Below, one piece after another: positions 34,182 to 44,222 of a stretch of 64,000 bases of DNA. Under the pieces are notes generated by a model. The model did no database searches and had not been told where the DNA came from. It was given only the letters and a program-made list of their open reading frames with translations. Origin of the DNA: Paludibacteraceae bacterium (GTDB taxonomy: Bacteria > Bacteroidota > Bacteroidia > Bacteroidales > Paludibacteraceae); contig JAFSTO010000032.1 of NCBI GenBank assembly GCA_017450435.1, positions 10,420 to 74,419 on the forward strand, read 5' to 3'. How positions within the stretch are numbered: the first letter of the stretch is position 1; each line of letters starts with the position of its first letter. The translations under genes and the position numbers were made by a program.

Positions 34182-36719
34182 TTAGCGGGCAATACGTCCT
34201 GTAGCATCGTAGAGGTGACCATCAACGGAGATATACAGATGGCCGTTGATGAGGAGTTTCTGCACTTGGTGTTTGTTCTCAATGTTCTCAAAGCCTACAC
34301 TTAATGCAGGGTCAGGCCAATCGTCGCACATGGTGCCATAGACATAGTTATATACGGCGCCGAGTATATAAGCGTTGTTGTTGGTGGCGGTGTACCACTG
34401 CACGTTGCCTTGATATTTGATTTCCATACCTGCTCCGATAAGTGCACCTTCTTTTTTCTGCAAGCGGAAGAGCATGGTGTGGTCTGCTCCTATGAAGTCG
34501 AAGTAGTTGGAAGCCGGTGCCAAACCAACCATGAAATTTGACGGTGTGAGAGGTGTATTAGTGCGGAACTCGGTGCCGTCGCCGCCGCTGATTTCGATAT
34601 ACACATCGCCGTTCGTTGAGGTGTTCCAACTCAGGTAAGCGATATCGCCCGGGTCTTCTCCAATCTGTGTTTGGCACAGCGTGCTTGGTGCAGGCGCGAA
34701 AGGAACGGCCTCAAGAACCCAGTTGAAAGCGTCCGAAGGCTCGGAGTCGGACATACCTGCGGCGCGGGAAGTAACGATAACCTGATAGGTAGTGCTTACA
34801 CGCGGCACGAATCCGATAGGCTGTCCCGGTTGTATGGTAGTAGCATAAACTACGATGTCACCAATCTTAACCTGTACAGTGAAAGACTCTGCGTTGTCTG
34901 CGTTGTCAATGGTAATAACCTGCTCGTCGGAGATAGCCGTTATAACGGGTTTGCTGAGCGAATTGCAGACGGTTCCGTAGGTGTATTCGAGGTGGGTGTT
35001 CTCCTTATATCCGTTGCCTTCTATGACAGTACGCCAGCAGAGTGTGCCGTTATACTCGATAATCTGACCAAGAGGAATGGTCATACCCTGTTTGGGTGAC
35101 ATGCGGTATTCGGTAGCTCCGTCGGATGTCTGAAGGTTGAAGAAGTTGCTTGCCGGTACACCATTGAGGCTGAAGTTGTTTATACCAAGAGCGTCTGCCC
35201 CGCGGAAGTTGGTACCTTCTTCGCCGGTGATGGTAATGACAACATCGTCATCAACAGTCTGGAAAGTAAGGAACATGTGCCAAGGAGTAGGGTCAACACC
35301 GGCAACGTACCAGTCGCCGATGAACTCCTCGGAGCAGTATTCTGAAGTGCCTATTTCAACTTCGCGTCCGGCGAGTGTCCAGTTGTAGCCTTCCGACTCG
35401 TCAGAGTCAATAGCCCCCGGAGCCTGTGCGATAGCAGTAACAACGTAGGTGGAGGCTGCTATGGCAGGGAAGTTAATCTTGTCGCCGCTATGTACGTTCT
35501 CCTGGAAGTAGAATGGTAAGCCGTTGTAATAGATGGTAATCTTGAAGTGGTCAGCGCCGTTGCCTGTGATGGTGATGGTGCTGTCGGCGGAGATAGAAGT
35601 AATAGATGGAGTCTCGAGCCCTCCACATACTGTACCATAGGTGTAGGTGAAGTTATAAGTGTTATAAGCATCACCGTCTTGCGAAGTTACCCATTGCGTT
35701 GTTCCTGAATACTTGATTTGTTCACCCTGTGCAACGCTCATACCGTCTTTAAGACGGAGCTGATAACGTGTGCTGTTCTGCTGGTAGTTAATTTCGAACC
35801 AAACAGAAGCGGGTGCGCTGCCGACTTTGAAGTTGCCTATCCCCTTGAAGGCGTCTGCGGTACGCCAATGAGCGCCGTCGCCGCTGAGGTCGATGTTGAT
35901 ATTGCCGTCATTGTCGGTCTGCCAAGTCATGTAAGCTTCGCTGCCGGCTTTGTTACGTTTGATTTCGTAACCGCAATACTCACTGTTTTCCAATGTGACA
36001 GACTCATCTTCGAGTGCCCATACGACAGGCGCTGTGTAGTCGGAGAAACCGCGTTCGGTGTCGCGTGCTTTGAGTTGGATGTTGTAGTTGCCACCGGAGA
36101 TCAGAGGCCTTGCTATTTTATTACCGCTTTCGATGTATCCCTCTCCGAGGGTGATGCCATTAAGTGTGATGAGGTACATATAGTCCTCGGCGTCTTCAAC
36201 TGCATCAAAGGTAACCGTTCCGTCAGCAGCAACAGCCACGTTCTGCGGTGCCGGGAGAGGGTTGCTACCGCAGGTGCTGCCATAGATGTAGTCGAACTTG
36301 TACTTTGCATAGCAGTTACCGTCTTCAGAGGTCTTCCAAGTAACGTTTTGTTTGGCGTCGAAGTGAATAACAGTGCCGGCAGGAAGCGGTGTGGTTCCAA
36401 TGAACTTGAGAGTCCAGACAGTAGAGTTGTTGGTGTACTGACGCTCGAAATAATCGGTTGTGCTGAGTGTTCCGTCTCCGATGGTAAAGGAGAGAAGTGT
36501 CGCTTTATCCATTCCGGTAGCATCGCGGAAGGCTGTTCCGGCGTCGCCATAGACAGTGATAACCACGTCACCTGCATCGTTGGTCTCCCAACGAAGGAAA
36601 GCTTCGTTGTTTCCGGCTTTCGTACCGAGTCGTGCAGCGCAGAGTGCGGAAGCATCGGCGTAAGCTGTTAGTGTCACTATGCTCAAGAGAGCTGTGATGA
36701 ATAGTTTACTGTGTTTCAT
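34182..36719 (-). CDS. secreted repeat protein: 4 Cys-bracketed ~120-aa modules separated by 3 FN3-like units, plus a short T9SS-like tail
   Basis: SPI signal MKHSKLFITALLSIVTLTAYA. Modules at aa 27-150, 249-365, 462-585 and 682-798. Tail QKLLINGHLYISVDGHLYDATGRIAR. Confidence 0.65.
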   Translation of the reverse strand: MKHSKLFITALLSIVTLTAYADASALCAARLGTKAGNNEAFLRWETNDAGDVVITVYGDAGTAFRDATGMDKATLLSFTIGDGTLSTTDYFERQYTNNSTVWTLKFIGTTPLPAGTVIHFDAKQNVTWKTSEDGNCYAKYKFDYIYGSTCGSNPLPAPQNVAVAADGTVTFDAVEDAEDYMYLITLNGITLGEGYIESGNKIARPLISGGNYNIQLKARDTERGFSDYTAPVVWALEDESVTLENSEYCGYEIKRNKAGSEAYMTWQTDNDGNINIDLSGDGAHWRTADAFKGIGNFKVGSAPASVWFEINYQQNSTRYQLRLKDGMSVAQGEQIKYSGTTQWVTSQDGDAYNTYNFTYTYGTVCGGLETPSITSISADSTITITGNGADHFKITIYYNGLPFYFQENVHSGDKINFPAIAASTYVVTAIAQAPGAIDSDESEGYNWTLAGREVEIGTSEYCSEEFIGDWYVAGVDPTPWHMFLTFQTVDDDVVITITGEEGTNFRGADALGINNFSLNGVPASNFFNLQTSDGATEYRMSPKQGMTIPLGQIIEYNGTLCWRTVIEGNGYKENTHLEYTYGTVCNSLSKPVITAISDEQVITIDNADNAESFTVQVKIGDIVVYATTIQPGQPIGFVPRVSTTYQVIVTSRAAGMSDSEPSDAFNWVLEAVPFAPAPSTLCQTQIGEDPGDIAYLSWNTSTNGDVYIEISGGDGTEFRTNTPLTPSNFMVGLAPASNYFDFIGADHTMLFRLQKKEGALIGAGMEIKYQGNVQWYTATNNNAYILGAVYNYVYGTMCDDWPDPALSVGFENIENKHQVQKLLINGHLYISVDGHLYDATGRIAR

Positions 36720-36788
36720 AGCTTATCGGTTTTACTGGTTTATTTATTAACAGACTATCCTTGTATATATTATAATAGACTATAACCT

Positions 36789-38096
36789 TTAGTTCAGCTT
36801 GAAGTAACTGAGGTTGATTGCTCCGTTTATTACATGAAAACGGATATAGTGTTTACCGGAGACGGGGAAATCGTCCACAGTGAAAGTCGTCCACGTGTTC
36901 ATTGAACCGGTCTTTGGCAGTGAAACCATCTTGACGGGGTCACCGTCCACGTAGATAGCGAGTTGGGTATCAATCAGAGTTGCATATCGCAAGGAGATAT
37001 TGTTTTTTGGTGATGTGGCATCGATCTGATATTCGACCCAGCGGTCCATTGCGAGGTTGTACAGCATCAGTTTGCCGCCTTCTGCATCGGTACTGTTGGT
37101 AACAGCCGGAAAGATGTTGAAGTCGGTGTACCACTGTGCCGGTATGGGGTTGGTGGCGTCAATGCATACCGACTTGTCAAGCGACGACATGCCGGCATAT
37201 ATCTCTCCAAGGGGCGTCAACTCAATAGGGTCTTGTTTGGTGAGCAGTTGGTTGTAGGGTTTGGAGTTAAGCGAGTTGTTGCTGCGGGGGATGAACCAGG
37301 CATAACGCTCCACCAGTTCTTCCTGTTCGAAGTAATTTATCACATCGCTCATATAACTCTTCTGTACATCCACTCCGCTGATGTCCCATGCGCAGAACTC
37401 CGTCATCCATATTGGTTTGTCGTACTTGCGGAACTTCTCGACAAAGCCTTTCACCGCCGAGCAACTGGTCATATAGCAGTGTATGGGAATGAAGTCGATG
37501 TCGTCGATGCTGATACCGGGCTGGCGGAAGAACTCGTCAAGCCATTTGACGGGGTCGGAGTAACCGGCGAGTGTGCCGTAGTTCATGGCAGGAGCTCCGA
37601 GTTTGAGGTTCAGTTCCTTGGCGAGTGCCACCACATCCGGCCACAACTCCGCCGCTTTCTGCGGAGTCATGTTAGCTTGGTCGGTGAGGTTAGGCTCGTT
37701 GAACCCTAACAGATAACCTGTGTTAGGGTGCCCCTGTACGAAGGCGCGGATGCGGTCCTTGCTATAGTTGCCGTTCCAGCACATGGGGCAGTAGTCGATG
37801 TTGTTCTGCTCCAAGAAAAGCTGCACGTTGTCAGGACCGGACGGCGTGTTACCCCAGTTGTAGTGCCAGCAGATGAAGTTGGAGAGGATAAAAGCGTCAG
37901 TCACGTTTTTTATACCGAACGACACTCCCCGCTTGTGGCTTCCTGGCATAGAGGCAACAGTCGTAGTGCCGGCAAGTGATTCGGCTTCCGGCTTATTGAC
38001 TGTCGGTCCCGTGGGCTGCTGCACCGGTTCGGTGCAGCCCCACAGGAGTGAAAGCAGAGTGATAACTGACAGTGTGAAATACTTACCGGTATTCAT
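36789..38096 (-). CDS. GH128-type (Glyco_hydro_cc, PF11790-like) glycoside hydrolase lipoprotein with a C-terminal CBM-like beta-sandwich
   Basis: Lipobox LLWGC. Family blocks HKRGVSF, WHYNWG, CPMCWN, LLGFNEPNLTDQANMTP, WLDEFF, IPIHCY, KPIWMTEFCAW, VERYAWF. The C-terminal ~120 aa resemble CBM6/35 (weak call). Confidence 0.8.
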   Translation of the reverse strand: MNTGKYFTLSVITLLSLLWGCTEPVQQPTGPTVNKPEAESLAGTTTVASMPGSHKRGVSFGIKNVTDAFILSNFICWHYNWGNTPSGPDNVQLFLEQNNIDYCPMCWNGNYSKDRIRAFVQGHPNTGYLLGFNEPNLTDQANMTPQKAAELWPDVVALAKELNLKLGAPAMNYGTLAGYSDPVKWLDEFFRQPGISIDDIDFIPIHCYMTSCSAVKGFVEKFRKYDKPIWMTEFCAWDISGVDVQKSYMSDVINYFEQEELVERYAWFIPRSNNSLNSKPYNQLLTKQDPIELTPLGEIYAGMSSLDKSVCIDATNPIPAQWYTDFNIFPAVTNSTDAEGGKLMLYNLAMDRWVEYQIDATSPKNNISLRYATLIDTQLAIYVDGDPVKMVSLPKTGSMNTWTTFTVDDFPVSGKHYIRFHVINGAINLSYFKLN

Positions 38097-38158
38097 AGTG
38101 TCGGGGTTTACGGTTAGACAGAGTTAACAGTCCTATACGGAATAGATTATTCAGATGT

Positions 38159-39181
38159 TTATTCAACTTCGTAGATATAGAACGCGTCGAGGTTGAGGAT
38201 ATTGCCCGTCTGGCCGGTAGAGCCGATGGTGAGAATGTTCAAACCTTTTCCTCCTGCGTGATTTACGTACGCCTCAAGTGAAGCGGCATAGCGGTCGAAA
38301 GCGAAGTCGATAACGTTCCACGAACCGTCATATACTATATCGAACTTGCCATTTGACTCTGCTTCGTAGTAGTCGCCTACACACCATTTGAGTCCGGTGC
38401 CGTTTGTTCCGAGTCCGAAGAGCGAGAAGTAGTGGCTGGACCCCTGTTGTGTGGACTTGATGGCCATGTGGCAGTGGTACTTGGCGGGGTTAGCTTTGAT
38501 TTCGGCAACGAGTGCGTCAGCAGCGGCTTTCGACTCTTCATCGGCATCAGAGATGGAGTAACCCATTCCCGACCATCCTTTGTCGGTAACGATAGCGGAG
38601 AGGAAACCGCCGTCGGACTCGGTCTGGAAGAAGTTGCTGCCGGAAGCTGCATTGCCCCCATAGGTCTGCTCCCAGAACCAGAGGTTGCGGGTAGTGCCGT
38701 TAGGCGCGAAGCTGAAGACGATTTTCGAAGCGTTAGCATCGGCTGTCTCGCCGTCCATGATGATGGTCCAGATACGTTTGCCGTGTACCACAGGTTTCTC
38801 ACCCGGAGTAACAGCGCCTTCTTGAACGACATTGATGATGCAACTCTTGTTGACGGTGCCGGCGGTGACGGTAACGATAGTGTTACCTGCTGCAACACCC
38901 GTTACAAGTCCGCTTGCATTGACAGAGGCAACGCTCGGGTCAAGAGAGGAGTAGGTAAGGGCTGTGCCGGCAGGAGTGACGTTGGCAACAATCTGCACGG
39001 TTGCACCCACCTTAACGGAATACTGAGTAGCGCCAAGCTCCAAGCTGACGGTTTCTGTCGGGGTGTTAGGATTGGAATTGTTGTTTCCTTGTTGGTTGGG
39101 GTCATCAGGGTTGTTGTTACCTTTGCAACCAAACCATGCAAGTGCTACACATGCCATGGCAAGAATCTTAAAGTTTTTCAT
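38159..39181 (-). CDS. surface lipoprotein with a Big_2 Ig-like domain in the SusE/F position (candidate surface glycan-binding protein)
   Basis: Lipobox AWFGC followed by an N/P/Q-rich linker. Big_2-like VSLELGATQYSVKVGATVQIVANVTPAG...YSSLDPSVASVNASGLVTGVAAGNTIVTVTA. Positioned directly after susD. Confidence 0.6.
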   Translation of the reverse strand: MKNFKILAMACVALAWFGCKGNNNPDDPNQQGNNNSNPNTPTETVSLELGATQYSVKVGATVQIVANVTPAGTALTYSSLDPSVASVNASGLVTGVAAGNTIVTVTAGTVNKSCIINVVQEGAVTPGEKPVVHGKRIWTIIMDGETADANASKIVFSFAPNGTTRNLWFWEQTYGGNAASGSNFFQTESDGGFLSAIVTDKGWSGMGYSISDADEESKAAADALVAEIKANPAKYHCHMAIKSTQQGSSHYFSLFGLGTNGTGLKWCVGDYYEAESNGKFDIVYDGSWNVIDFAFDRYAASLEAYVNHAGGKGLNILTIGSTGQTGNILNLDAFYIYEVE

Positions 39182-39243
39182 AGTGGCTGTAGTTTTATAG
39201 TTGAACTGTTATTAGTCAATCATCATTAATAAATAATCAATCA

Positions 39244-40899
39244 TCAATTATATCCCGGGTTTTGTGTTAGTGCGGGATTGAGCTCTATCTCTTTCTGCGG
39301 AATGGGGAATAGCTCATGTTTGCCTTCCACGAAAGTGGCGAGGTGCGAGCGGGCGGCGTCTGACTCAGTGGCTTGATATGCTTCCATGTGTGCTTTGGTG
39401 CCTCCCCAGCGCACGAGGTCGAACCAGCGGTGTCCCTCCATTGCCAGCTCCATACGGCGCTCATGGCGCAGCAGTTGCTCGGTGGTAGGACTGCTGATTG
39501 TCACGCCGTTGACGCTGATGGGGTTTGTGCCGGCGGCGGGCATGCCAACGCGCGTGCGAACCATATCTATATATTGTTTGGCAGTGGCCTCGTCACCAAG
39601 ATACAGACAAGCCTCAGCGTACATTAGCAGGTTGTCGGCGTAGCGCATATATGCTCTGTTGAGCGGACCGCGTGAGGCGTGGTAGCCCCAAGGGCCGATG
39701 CCGGCTTTGCTGTCTGATGTCTCGCGATACATGCCGTACTTGTTATTAAGCATCGCTGTGCCGCAGTAGGTCTCCTCCAGCACGTTATCCATCATTGCAG
39801 GATCGGGCGTAAAAATCGCCACATCGCGCCGCGGGTCGCCTGACTCGAACTCGTTGTAGAGGTTCCATGTGGGGTGGGAGAAACCCCAGCCACCGCCAAT
39901 CTGTGTGGAGCGTGAGCGCATCAGTATCTGTGAGAACGAGCCGGCTGTATAGCCGTTATGACCGCCGTTGGCATCGCCGTAATCGCCCCAAGGTACCTCC
40001 ATATACTGAAGTTCGAACACTGACTCTTGGTTGTTCTCGCCTGCAAGGGAGAAGTTGAACTCATAGTCGCTGACAAGGTTGTATTCGCCGGACAGAATGA
40101 TGCTGTCGCCCCATGCCTTGCTTTGGCGATACAGCTCCTGGCGGTCGAGAGACGTAAGGTGTTTGTCGTGCCAGTAAGGTGACGCCATATAAAGGTAAAC
40201 CTTCTGCAGCATGCCTTGTGCCGCGCCTTTGGTGGCCCTGCCGGCATCTTTAGTGTCGTATTCCGACTTGAGCCAGAGCCGCTCCTGAGCATATTTGAGG
40301 TCGCTGATAATCTGATTGCAAACCTCCTCAACGCTGTTGCGTGGCAGCTCCCAACGCTCGGCATCGTTCTCCACCTGCAGCGTCAGAGGCACTCCGCCAA
40401 AGATGCGAAGCAAATGGAAATAATAATACGCGCGCATGAAGTGTATCTCTCCAAGGTAGCGCTGCTTGGTGCGCTCGTCCATGGTGCTGTCCGTCGTCAT
40501 CGGCTCAATGTACTTGAGCGCGAGATTACAGCGGGCTATTCCCTGATATGGGGTTTTATAGTGGTCGAAGATATAACTGTTGGACGGCTCAGTCTGCCAA
40601 TTTTCCATATCATAAACCTGCTCCATATCCATTGTGTTCTGGCCGCCTTTGAGGGCATCATCGCTGACCACGTCACCGATAAACCACTCAGGGAAATAGG
40701 TGGTGTTGTATTCCCAAATCATCGGAGTGTAGCAGCCGGTGACACACTGCTCGGCGGCACCGCCGCTGACGAAGAAATCTTCCAACAGCACCGTACCGGG
40801 GGCATTCTCCGTTAAGTAATCCTTGCAGGAGAAAAGGGTAAGTGGCAATGCGACTAAGTATAAACTGACAAGTGCGCTGATATGTGTGTTGCTTTTCAT
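39244..40899 (-). CDS. SusD/RagB family nutrient-binding outer-membrane lipoprotein
   Basis: Lipobox LTLFSC. SusD-like blocks RAYYYFHLLRIFGGVPL and RRMELAMEGHRWFDLVRWG. Located directly downstream of susC. Confidence 0.92.
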   Translation of the reverse strand: MKSNTHISALVSLYLVALPLTLFSCKDYLTENAPGTVLLEDFFVSGGAAEQCVTGCYTPMIWEYNTTYFPEWFIGDVVSDDALKGGQNTMDMEQVYDMENWQTEPSNSYIFDHYKTPYQGIARCNLALKYIEPMTTDSTMDERTKQRYLGEIHFMRAYYYFHLLRIFGGVPLTLQVENDAERWELPRNSVEEVCNQIISDLKYAQERLWLKSEYDTKDAGRATKGAAQGMLQKVYLYMASPYWHDKHLTSLDRQELYRQSKAWGDSIILSGEYNLVSDYEFNFSLAGENNQESVFELQYMEVPWGDYGDANGGHNGYTAGSFSQILMRSRSTQIGGGWGFSHPTWNLYNEFESGDPRRDVAIFTPDPAMMDNVLEETYCGTAMLNNKYGMYRETSDSKAGIGPWGYHASRGPLNRAYMRYADNLLMYAEACLYLGDEATAKQYIDMVRTRVGMPAAGTNPISVNGVTISSPTTEQLLRHERRMELAMEGHRWFDLVRWGGTKAHMEAYQATESDAARSHLATFVEGKHELFPIPQKEIELNPALTQNPGYN

Positions 40900-40965
40900 A
40901 GCTGTGGGGTGATTAAGTGATGTGTGTTTTTCGATGATTCGATATTTTGAGTTTTCGGAATTACG

Positions 40966-40989
40966 GAATTACGTAATTCGTTATTAACA
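40966..40989 (-). repeat. three 8-nt periodic units (+ strand CGGAATTA CGGAATTA CGTAATTC) between susC and susD
   Basis: Read directly. The tract is related to the unit at 18921-18960 (CGGAATAA on the opposite strand). Confidence 0.6.
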
Positions 40990-40990
40990 A

Positions 40991-43900
40991 TTAAAAATTG
41001 GCGTTCAGTCCGAATGTGAATGTGCGGCTCTGCGGGTAGTTGCCGTAGTCTGTTCCTCCGCCCACCTCCGGGTCGTAGCCTGAGTAGAGTGTGGCGGTGA
41101 AGAGGTTAGCAGCTGTCATGTAAACACGCAAGCGCTGCAGGTGTGCTTTTTGCATCCATTGCTTTGGGAAGGTGTAACCTATTTGCAGGTTCTTCAGGCG
41201 GAAGTAACTGCCGCTCTCAACAAACCGTGATGAACTGTAGCTGTTGGAAGGACTGCCTACAGGGTTAGGAATAGTTCCGTTGCGGTTCTCAAGATTGAGG
41301 TCCATATAGTTGATGCCGCGTGCCAACATGGCATTGAGCATCAGGTCGTTGTAGCCAACCCATACGTCAGACATCGTGGGCGATAGGGAGCAGTCGTTGC
41401 CCGCACCCTCTGTGCGGTAACGCAAAGCGTTGTAAATCTGATTGCCATATACGCCTTGGAAGAACAGCTGAATATCCACGCCGTAGAACTCTGCACCGAG
41501 ATTGATACCATAGGTGAATTTAGGGAACGGGTTGCCTATATATGTCTTGTCGTCATCGTTGATAATGCCGTTGTTGTCTATATCGCGATACTTGGCGTCT
41601 CCGGCGTGTACGCCTATCTGGTCGGGTTTGTCGGCATAGTACCACTGATGAGCCAGTACCTCTGCATCCGATTGGTAAATACCTTCATACTCAAATCCCC
41701 AGAAAGAGCCGAGAGGCATACCTTCGTCGGTCTTTGTGTAGCCGCTGTAGAGTGGCGAACCGCCGTTGACCTTCAGCAGGCGGTTGCGAATGAAACTCAT
41801 GTTGCCGCCGATAGTATAGCTGACGTGACCCACTTTGCGGGCATGCTCAAGGGTGAACTCAACGCCGTCGTTGCGAATGTTGCCTACGTTCTTCACCAGC
41901 GAATAACGGTTGCCCACGTGTGACGGTGCGTTGACGTAAAGCAGGGCGTCCAAGGTGGTACGGCGGAAGATGTCGATGGTGCCGCTCAGGTTGCCGTTCC
42001 AGAAGTTGAAGTCTATACCGAGGTCCCATTGTTCGTTAGTCTCCCACTTGCCGTCGATATTTGCCTGTGTCAGCACTGCTGCGCCATACGCCATCTCCTG
42101 TGCATCGTTGGGCATGCCGAGCGGGTAGCCGTAAAAGACGCTGTTCGATGAACCGATGGTGACCAGGAAGGTGCTGTTGCTCAGATTGGCATCATTGCCT
42201 ACACGTCCCCAACCGAGACGCAGCTTCAGGTTGTCAAGCCACTCTTGGTCTCTGAGCCACGGCTCCTGACTCAGACGCCATGCAAGTGAGGCTGACGGGA
42301 AGAAACCCCATGGGTTCTTCTGGAAGACTGACGAGGCATCGGCGCGAAAGTTGATGGTAGCCATATAGCGGTCATCGTATGAGTAGAAGAACCGTGCCAG
42401 CGCAGACATACGACGTGTGCGGCTTACCGAGTCGCTACTCTCAGTGCGGTTCTCCGTCGTCTTGTTCAGATAACGGTTGGTCTCAACAGGGTTGAGAATA
42501 TTTGCACCCGAACCACTGATGCTATAGTAGTTGTACTCTGACCACGTCTGACCTATCATGGCGGAGAAGTTATGCGCGCCAATCTTGTCGGCATAAGTGA
42601 TGGTTGTCTCTTCCAACAAGCTGTATGAGCGGCTTAGAGAAGCAGAGAGGTAGTTGAGCGTAGCGCGGTCATACACTGAGTAGTCGTAGGCGTTCTTATA
42701 ATTACGCGTGTGACCCATGTTCAAATCCATTGATATAGACGGGCGGATACTCAGTTGCTTGATAGGCTTGATGTCAATGTATATATCGCCCAGCAGACGC
42801 ATTGGTTTGCTGCTTGGGAACGACTCGCTGACCATCGATATCGGGTTAGTAACGTTCTTGAAATTGCTGGACGCTGCGTTCTTGCCGCTGATGTCCTCGC
42901 CGTTGATATTAACGGAGCCTTCGGGATAGACAGTCGGATCCCATGGCGCCATGGCAAGAGCTGCAGAAAGGATACTGGCTCCCGGACTGGAACTGTTGTT
43001 CATTGCGCGGCGGGACGATGATGTAACGAAACTCAGATGCTCGCCTATCGTCAGCCATTTGCGCACGTTCCAATCGGCGTTGATACGCAGACTCAGACGT
43101 TTATAGTTTGAGCCGATGATTGTGCCATTCTGCTCAAAGTAGTTGGCAGACAGTGCATAATGGCCTTTGTCGCTGCCGCCGTCAACGCCGAGGTTATAGT
43201 TGTGCATAAAGGCGTTGGAGTTGAATACCTCGTCCTGCCAGTCGGTGTTCTGGTTGGCGTAGTCGAAGTTGGTGGGGAAATACGGCGAACTGCCTGTCAG
43301 CGTTGCTATATATGCGCCCAGGCCTTTATCATTATATATTTTATACGCGTCAATAGCGTCCACTCCGTCTTTCATTATAGCAATGCGCAGTTTGGTATCA
43401 ACCATCTCGTTGGCTCCCATCAGCGGCAGCTTCTTCCATCGGTTCTGTATGCCCCAATAGGCATCGAACGATATGTTGGCTTTGCCTTGTGAGCCGGACT
43501 TGGTGGTTATGATAATGACGCCGTTGGCTCCTCTGCTGCCATATATGGCAGCAGAGGATGCGTCTTTCAGTATCTGCATTGATTCGATGTCCGAAGCAGA
43601 GAGGAATGATATATCGGAAGTGATGACGCCGTCCACCACGTAGAGCGGGTCGTTGCCGGCTATGGCACTGCCTATACCACGGATACGTATAGTGGCGTTG
43701 TCGCCGGGCTGACCGCTACCGTTGGTAACCGTTACGCCGGCAGCGCGACCTTGCAGAGCCGTGGTTATATTGGCGGCAGGCGTCTTCGTCAGTTCGTCGG
43801 CACTGACGGAAGCAATAGCACCCGTCAAATCCTGCTTGCGCATCTTGCCATAACCAACGGCTACTACCTCTTCCAGCATTTCGCTATCCGAGTGAAGAGT

Positions 43901-44170
43901 GACACGTAGCGGCTGACTCCCATTGACGCGCACTTCCTCGGTCTTATAGCCAACGTATGAGAACAAGATGATGTCACCCTTCTTGGCAGAAAGGCTGAAA
44001 CGACCGTCAATGTCAGTAATGGTGCCGAGTGTGGTGCCCTTCACAACAACGTTTGCCCCAACAGCAGGCTCGCTTGAGTCATCGGTTAGTACTACACCGT
44101 TTACCTCAAGGGTCTGGGCACTGAGCGACAATGCAAAGATGGCTGCTAAAACGGATAGAATGTGTTTCAT
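40991..44170 (-). CDS. SusC/RagA family TonB-dependent outer-membrane transporter
   Basis: Signal MKHILSVLAAIFALSLSAQ. Carboxypeptidase-regulatory-like VNGVVLTDDSSEPAVGANVVVKGTTLGTITDIDGRFSL. Plug QGRAAGVTVT...IRIRGIGS. C-terminal FTFGLNANF. The start is moved from the TTG at 44194 to the ATG at 44170 because 44192-44199 is a promoter box. Confidence 0.92.
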   Translation of the reverse strand: MKHILSVLAAIFALSLSAQTLEVNGVVLTDDSSEPAVGANVVVKGTTLGTITDIDGRFSLSAKKGDIILFSYVGYKTEEVRVNGSQPLRVTLHSDSEMLEEVVAVGYGKMRKQDLTGAIASVSADELTKTPAANITTALQGRAAGVTVTNGSGQPGDNATIRIRGIGSAIAGNDPLYVVDGVITSDISFLSASDIESMQILKDASSAAIYGSRGANGVIIITTKSGSQGKANISFDAYWGIQNRWKKLPLMGANEMVDTKLRIAIMKDGVDAIDAYKIYNDKGLGAYIATLTGSSPYFPTNFDYANQNTDWQDEVFNSNAFMHNYNLGVDGGSDKGHYALSANYFEQNGTIIGSNYKRLSLRINADWNVRKWLTIGEHLSFVTSSSRRAMNNSSSPGASILSAALAMAPWDPTVYPEGSVNINGEDISGKNAASSNFKNVTNPISMVSESFPSSKPMRLLGDIYIDIKPIKQLSIRPSISMDLNMGHTRNYKNAYDYSVYDRATLNYLSASLSRSYSLLEETTITYADKIGAHNFSAMIGQTWSEYNYYSISGSGANILNPVETNRYLNKTTENRTESSDSVSRTRRMSALARFFYSYDDRYMATINFRADASSVFQKNPWGFFPSASLAWRLSQEPWLRDQEWLDNLKLRLGWGRVGNDANLSNSTFLVTIGSSNSVFYGYPLGMPNDAQEMAYGAAVLTQANIDGKWETNEQWDLGIDFNFWNGNLSGTIDIFRRTTLDALLYVNAPSHVGNRYSLVKNVGNIRNDGVEFTLEHARKVGHVSYTIGGNMSFIRNRLLKVNGGSPLYSGYTKTDEGMPLGSFWGFEYEGIYQSDAEVLAHQWYYADKPDQIGVHAGDAKYRDIDNNGIINDDDKTYIGNPFPKFTYGINLGAEFYGVDIQLFFQGVYGNQIYNALRYRTEGAGNDCSLSPTMSDVWVGYNDLMLNAMLARGINYMDLNLENRNGTIPNPVGSPSNSYSSSRFVESGSYFRLKNLQIGYTFPKQWMQKAHLQRLRVYMTAANLFTATLYSGYDPEVGGGTDYGNYPQSRTFTFGLNANF

Positions 44171-44191
44171 GGTAGCGGTATAATGTTTGTA

Positions 44192-44222
44192 CAAAATTAC
44201 AATTTAAAAACTTTTGCCGCAA
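44192..44222 (-). promoter_or_regulatory. Bacteroidetes-type promoter of the susC-led operon
   Basis: On the - strand, CTTGCGG (TTG = complement of 44220-44222), 20 nt spacer, TAATTTTG (complement of 44192-44199), 21 nt before the ATG at 44170. Confidence 0.6.

Noticed and set aside
35718-36671. 317-aa ORF on the + strand, opposite the 845-aa repeat-protein gene
   Set aside because: It is fully antisense to a gene with clear domain repeats, a signal peptide and a conserved tail. Its translation is low-complexity (V/G/A/C-rich) with no motifs. This is the typical shadow ORF of a GC-balanced gene.
38432-39229. 265-aa ORF on the + strand, opposite the Big_2 lipoprotein gene
   Set aside because: It is antisense to a gene with a lipobox and an Ig-like domain, and it runs across the intergenic gap. 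Its product has no motif and is G/V/R-rich.
44171-44194. ORF-track start of susC at 44194 (TTG), adding MYKHYTAT
   Set aside because: Nt 44192-44199 form the -7 promoter box TAATTTTG on the - strand. The ATG at 44170 gives a normal signal peptide (MKHILSVLAAIFALSLSAQ).
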